Shown here piece after piece: positions 58,274 through 64,000 of a stretch of 64,000 nucleotides of DNA (position 1 is its first letter; each line of letters opens with the position of its first letter). The notes below the pieces were generated by a model. The model saw only the letters and a program-made list of their open reading frames with translations. It did no database searches and was not told the DNA's origin. This DNA is from Podospora anserina (taxonomy: Eukaryota), in assembly GCA_017654855.1 (NCBI GenBank), contig CM030335.1:682001-746000 (forward strand), read 5' to 3'. The position numbers and the translations under genes were made by a program.

Positions 58274-61200
58274 TCACCTCCTCTTCCTCACCCCCCCAAC
58301 CACATACCCCCCCTTCTCCCTCCACCCAACCCTCTCACCACCACCATCATACCCCCCCATCATAGGCACCATATCCTCCTCCCTCTCCGTCCACCTCCCC
58401 CCCTCCCACCAACCCCTCACCCACTCCATCCCCGTCCTAACAACCCCCCCCATCTCCCCCGTCCACCACAACCCCACCAAAACAACCCCGACCGTCACCG
58501 GCACCGCAGTAACCCAATAAGCCCACTGCCCAACCTCCATATCCCTCACGTCAGCCGAATTCATCCCAAAAATGCTCGCAATCGAGCTCAACGGCAGAAA
58601 AACAATCGTCACAATCGTAAACGCGTAAATCGCCCTCTCCTGCCTGTCACGGGTGGTATCAAGCTTATTCCTATTAAACTCCTCCAAATGCGAAGCATGA
58701 CTTCGCAGTTCACTAAACTCCTTGTCGCGGCGGTCGGTAAAGCTGATGATCTCATCGATAAGTAGTTGTCTGTATCCGTGGGTACTGACGGTTATGTCTG
58801 GGGAGGGGAGTTGCGTGTAGGTGTACATCCCCCTGTGACTCGTATGGGGGTGGCGGGGTTGCATCCTCCAGTTCCGCGTTGAACTCTGCGACATTGCGTC
58901 AAAGATTGACCTCTGCCACGCGACGGTCCATTGGACGATGGACACTTCTTGTTTGAGCCTCCCCAGTTTGTACTCGTGGGTGCGGGTGGAGGGTTTGGTG
59001 GTGATGTCGGATTCGATGGTGTCGAGGTAGGAGGAGTAGGTCTCGCTGATGTCGGGAAGGGCGGGGGTGATGTCTTTGAGGAGCTGCATGCTTATGAGGG
59101 AGAAGAGGTCCGTTGGGAGGATGACTGATCTATCGAAAAGGGTTCGTTCGAACGAGTTGGCGACGGATTGGATCATGGTGTCGGTTCCTTGGCGGAGGGA
59201 GGAGAGGCCGGAGTCGAGGAGGAATTCGGAGCGGGTGGTGTTTTTGGGGGAGATGGCGAGGCCGAGGAGGATGTGGATCCAGGCGTCGACGAGGAGCCAG
59301 GGGGTGTGGACTTTTTCGAGGTCTTCTGGGGAGGCGGCGCTGAATGTGGCGTTGAAGGAGGAGAGGGCAGCGATTTGTCGGTCGAGAGTCTTGGTGACTT
59401 CGTTTCGCTGGCGGGCAAGCTTCTCCATTTGCAAGGACCGTTTTGCTTTGTTTATCTCTTTGGAGCGAGGTTCAACAGGATCGTCAGGCTCCAACGTTGG
59501 GTGCTAGATGTGTTAGCCCAGCATGTTGCTTTTCGTGTCCGTTGGAGATTTGGTACATACCTCTATTAGACTCAAAACAATACCCCAGAACCTATCAACA
59601 GTCGGAACCTCCAACTCGGACGGAAAAAAAAATTTGAAGACGATGTCGGCCTTGTTAAAGAAGCTCACTCGGCTCTCGTACATCTTTTTCTCGCGTTCCG
59701 AGGGCGGTGATTCTTCTTTCCCTTTCCCTCCTTCCTCCTCAAGAAGCTTGTACACATCGCGGCGTTTCGACTGCCGCAACTCGCTGTAGGCTTTTTGATC
59801 CTGACGTGCGGTTTTGTTGAGCAAGTACTCGTCGACCTGCACAAAGTAGTCCTTGAAGACGTCATGGTTGATCCCGCCTATACTTGAGTTTGATACACCG
59901 TCCAGGCAGGTGAAGACGGCAAAGGCAGAGTTCAACTTTGACTCTGCAGTTTCCTTGCCCTCCCGTGGAATGGTGATCCGAACTGTCTTTCTCTGACTCG
60001 AGTCATCAGGCTGCTTCGAGGCTGAAAATTGTACTTCGTCATCACGCTCCTCCCGTTTGAGAGACGAGAGGCCCATAGGAGATGGCAGCGCCGGCTTGTG
60101 TCTTTGTACTGTTAGTGGCCTTCCTACAGCCTGTGTTCAAGAGAAGAGGGTGCAACATACCCAATCTGCATTTCGAGCAAGATTCCAGCACGAGAACGGG
60201 AAGCCAGCTTGGTGATCCACGGCCACTCATCAGGTTTAACGGGTCTTTTGTAGTAGAAGAAATTGAGAGTGCGAGGCCAAAACTCGAGGAAGTGTGCCAT
60301 AAAGGACTGCAGTAGATGTATTGCAATTAGCATTCAGGGGCTCAGTCATGTTTGTATCATGGGGTACCGATGACGTACAAACCAGCTGCCGCATTCTTCA
60401 ATCGGTAGTGCCCAGACAATATTGTTCTGATAACGAATGAAGACTCTGGCGGCGGGCTTCAGCGTTGATATCTCCTGGGCTGTCTTTGTGACCCTGTGTA
60501 TGTTGTTGCCGCAGAGGGCGTCAAACGGCATCCGACCACATGTCAGGAGAAGAGCTAGATAAAACCTGTTAATCGGATTCTTGACTGCTGCGTAACAAAG
60601 TATGTGACCTACAATTGTCTACCACGATACACCAGAGTTGTGCTATATGGAAGCATAGCTCAGCAGGCGCTCCTTTGAGCTGACGCACAGCCTGTTGCAT
60701 ATCACGGTCCTTGGTGGCTCTCGAAAACTGAGCCTGGAGCAGCGTTTGAACGGGAAAGCTGCTGGCGTTTTCGGCGGCGAGAAGGCCGGAATACTTCTCT
60801 AGAGAAAAGTACGGCAGGCAGATCCATGTGACGGTCCGGTTGGCAAAGCTTTGCTCCTTGAGACTGGGGTCAAAAGGAACAGGCATTTGGAGGAACTTTG
60901 GCTCCATATGTCGCACGTAGGAGCCGTTCGAGGTTTGTATTTGCTTGATGCCTTGACGCTTGACCCGTGCGATTAGATCGGCGACACCTTGCCGTTCGCT
61001 TTTGGTCAGGCCAAGCAAGCGTGTTGTCTGGGTCTAAGTGGATGGCAACAAGCCAACATTAGCCAGCGAAAGAAGAAGAAAGATATGAATAGTGTGACGC
61101 ACTGCAAAGTTATCAAAGTCCATGGACTTATGGCTAAAGTGAATCCACCGAAAGACAGGCTGGTGCTGTACACGTTCCCCTGGAGTTATCACCAACTGCG

Positions 61201-62074
61201 CACCATGCTGTCCACCTATCATTCCGTCACCTGTGTAGCCGGACTCGAGCACTTGATACGCAGTCCCAGTTAAACGTTCAGCGGCTTCAATATCCTGCTC
61301 TGTTATATCCAGAGAGTCGTCGTCTGACAATTTGCCCACATCTCCCAGGGGATCTTTGGAAGCACTTGGTGGCACGAAGGAGTAAGGACCTGTAGCAACC
61401 GGATTCCTCGTCGGCCCGGACTCAAATGCAGCATCAGTCTCCCACATCCCCATAAGAACTAAGTCTTCCTCATCCAGATTCCCATCATCCCTCTCATCCC
61501 GAGTCCTTTTTCGCCTTGGCGGCCTCTTGTAGTCCCACTCAGCCTCCTCGGCACTTGAAGCGGCATCTCTCCTCTTCTCAACAATGAACTCGGTTTTTCG
61601 TTGTTCCACGGGGTATTCAGGGACGCGGATATACTCAATGGATGATCGTCTAGGGTGAGCTGGTGCCAGGACAGGTGAAGTAGGTGAATACGCCGGGGAA
61701 TATGTTGGCGAGGCTGGCGAGAGGTCGCGTCTATCACGCTCGCGAACAGGTGAAGTATACCGTGTATGTGTCACTGTGTGGTGTGTCCTACGAGTTGATG
61801 GTCGCGTGTAGTTGGTACGGCCGGCGGCTGGGCGAGAATAGGTCGAAGGAGGAGGCGGAGTCGGACTACGTCCACGGGGTCCATGTCCAGCATATTCAGT
61901 CGAAGGCCGGGGTGGTGCTCCATAGCCATAGGGATAATACTCTCCCGGAAACTTGACATGATTGGATCTTGTTTCATCGACGTCATAAGGGTTGGTTGGG
62001 CGCCGAGCTGGGGGTGGTGGATTGTAATGTCGAGGTGGAGGTGGGGGTTGTGCCTCGATCTTGTTGACATACAT
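58274..62074 (-). CDS. Large multi-exon protein with a C-terminal CorA-like Mg2+ transporter TM module
   Basis: C-terminus RQERAIYAFTIVTIVFLPLSSIASIFGMN..D.R..QWAYWVTAVPVT; upstream same-strand exons (VTWICLPYFSL..QTLLQ, HIAQLWCIVVD, FRWIH) and a Pro/Arg-rich N-terminus. Confidence 0.82.
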
Positions 62075-62871
62075 CGTTAGACTGGAGGGGAGATGTTATT
62101 TGGTTACGAGAAAGTCTGTAATACATTTCTCGACTGAACCTGATGGTGATGTTTGGCAAGCGGTGAGCGGTGAGAGTGGTGCTGAGTGCCTGAAGCGCGT
62201 TGCTCAGCCGCAGAAACCAGTTGTGGCTGCAGGTACGGTACTGCAGCAGTGGCACAGCAACTTAAATAGACTAAGCCTTTTACGGACGCAATGGTGGTGT
62301 GGATCCACCATCACTCAGGGGTTCAGGGGTTAGGGTCTGCCGTTGTTCAAAATCAGAACATGTCTTAAATAGCAGTCGACTTGCACGTTTTGTGACATGT
62401 TGTTTCCCAAATCCTTCTAGAAGCCCTTTCAAAATACCAGTATGGATAGAATACAGTGCTAATATCGCCCTTGGTTGCACCCGCTGCACCATATCTCGAG
62501 CCGTCTTGGCTATGGCATGTTACAGACCACGGACAAGAATACGGACCAAATATTCAGGGGTGTAACCAGATGTTGGGGACTGGCACGGGAAAAAAAAGCA
62601 GGACAGATGAGATCTGCCGATCCATTTCTCCCGGAACATAACCCGGCATGTCAGCTGAAGATCTTAGAGGTTGTCAGTCAATATGTCTCCAATCGAGCTT
62701 AATATGGCTATTTGATGAAGGGAACGCCCCTCACATGTTTCCCCTCGTAGAATGCCAGGCTGGTGCTCAACACAGTTTCTATAACAGACGTCAACCTTTG
62801 AGTTATAACCAAGCAGTCCAACCTTCCAATTGTACACTCTATGGCATTGTTTGACCAGTGCTGCAGTCAAA

Positions 62872-64000
62872 ATGTGGGCTCTTTTCCTTCTTAAGATTCT
62901 GTCAGCAGCAGTGCTCGTAACAGCCCAAGGCCCGCCCGCTGTCGGAGGCGGGTGCACCACTAACTCCTTCAACATCCCCAGCTGGTTCATCACCGACTTC
63001 AAGGATCTGGTCGACGACGAGAGGAAGGTGGCATTTGGTATTCTAAACCGGGCAACGAACTATACCGCCCAAGCAACATGCGGCATCGATAGGAAAGGGT
63101 ACAATCTCTGCTCTGTGTCTGGACAGTCAGCCCCTGGGAACGGCACAATTGAAATCAAGGCCTTGGTTGAGGGAACTGTGGCTCAGGTCTCTGTGAACCA
63201 AACCTGGAGCTGTAACGATCGAGGCACTCCGTAAGCTCCCAGTACCTACTTTGGTGTTCAGGCTTTCACTGACACAAATACATGTAGAGTCCAATTCACG
63301 GCATCAGGCCGGGCTCGTATCTCTCTTTACGATGTACCGGAACCAGAAGCCAGCTCTACATTCCCCCCACTGTTGATTCAAGGGACGCTCCACGCACCAG
63401 TCTCCATCACCCCAGACAGGGCGGCAGGCCCGCAAGGTCATGACCAAAAAGGTTGTCAAGCAGCGTCAGAGAAGCCAGAATGGAATATTACCCATATTTA
63501 CTATACGGATCGGCCAGCGGATGGCAACGTCGAGACGCCTTCCCGCACCTTCAATCTTTTGTTTACAAACACGGCCAATGGGTACGAGGGTGGTTGCGTG
63601 CATGGTTCCCTTGTAGGTCCAGCTGGGGAAACGAGCCTGATCTGCGCCGGGTCCGAGTTCGGGAATCTCGGAGGGAGCAGATATGCAATCAGCACCACGG
63701 CCAGCTTCGACCCTTCTGATTTCAAGTTCACAGTCAGACAAACTTGGTTTTGTGATGACGAGAATCCATCAAAGCCGTCAGTTCAGCTTCCCTTCTTATC
63801 CATTTGCCCATCACTGACGAAGATGTCCAAAGACTCCAATTCACAGCTTCCGCGAGCACAATCCTCCCACTCACTTGCACCACGACACCCCTCTCGGCCG
63901 GCTCTGCGATCAACGAGACAGTCTGCGACCGTAATCCCACTCTCGTCCTCGCAGGAAATGTGGACAGCGCCACTACCCTCCCGCCCTATTCTCTGACTGA
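62872..64000 (+). CDS. Secreted protein with repeated Alt a 1 (AA1)-like beta domains, truncated by the window end
   Basis: Signal peptide MWALFLLKILSAAVLVTA; repeated units C...S...P.W.I...F...N.A..Y...C...V.QTW.C.D; introns at about 63231-63287 and 63777-63834. Confidence 0.7.

Noticed and set aside
1-64000. Secondary-metabolite cluster or Starship element
   Set aside because: Tailoring-type enzymes are scattered, with no PKS/NRPS/terpene backbone gene and no DUF3435 tyrosine-recombinase captain visible in the window.

Overview
Intron-containing filamentous-ascomycete genomic DNA, almost certainly from the Podospora anserina species complex, because it carries the het-e heterokaryon-incompatibility NLR (HET-NACHT-WD40, 49-bp intron, here 11 near-identical 126-bp WD40 repeats, about 1398 aa). 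The window holds roughly 30 genes or gene relics: an aldo-keto reductase, a 3xWSC secreted protein, a MATE-like transporter, two SDRs, anthranilate synthase component I, a second HET-domain gene, two FAD oxidases, a Pth11-like receptor, a kinase-like protein, a C2H2 TF, trans-aconitate methyltransferase, an F-box protein and a CorA-like protein. It also has three intron-containing tRNAs, a RIP-mutated Fot1/pogo transposon with intact TIRs and TA target duplication, and repeat relics upstream of het-e. Two observations stand out. (1) A spliced gene fuses a SUR7/PalI-like four-TM domain to a NO-VEIN-C/DUF3883-like PD-(D/E)xK nuclease-fold domain. (2) A dispersed four-member family of small membrane proteins has two members with an in-frame TAG where a paralogue has Trp, making them candidates for restorative A-to-I editing or for recent pseudogenisation. 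Gene models and family assignments were made by eye and need HMM and RNA-seq confirmation.
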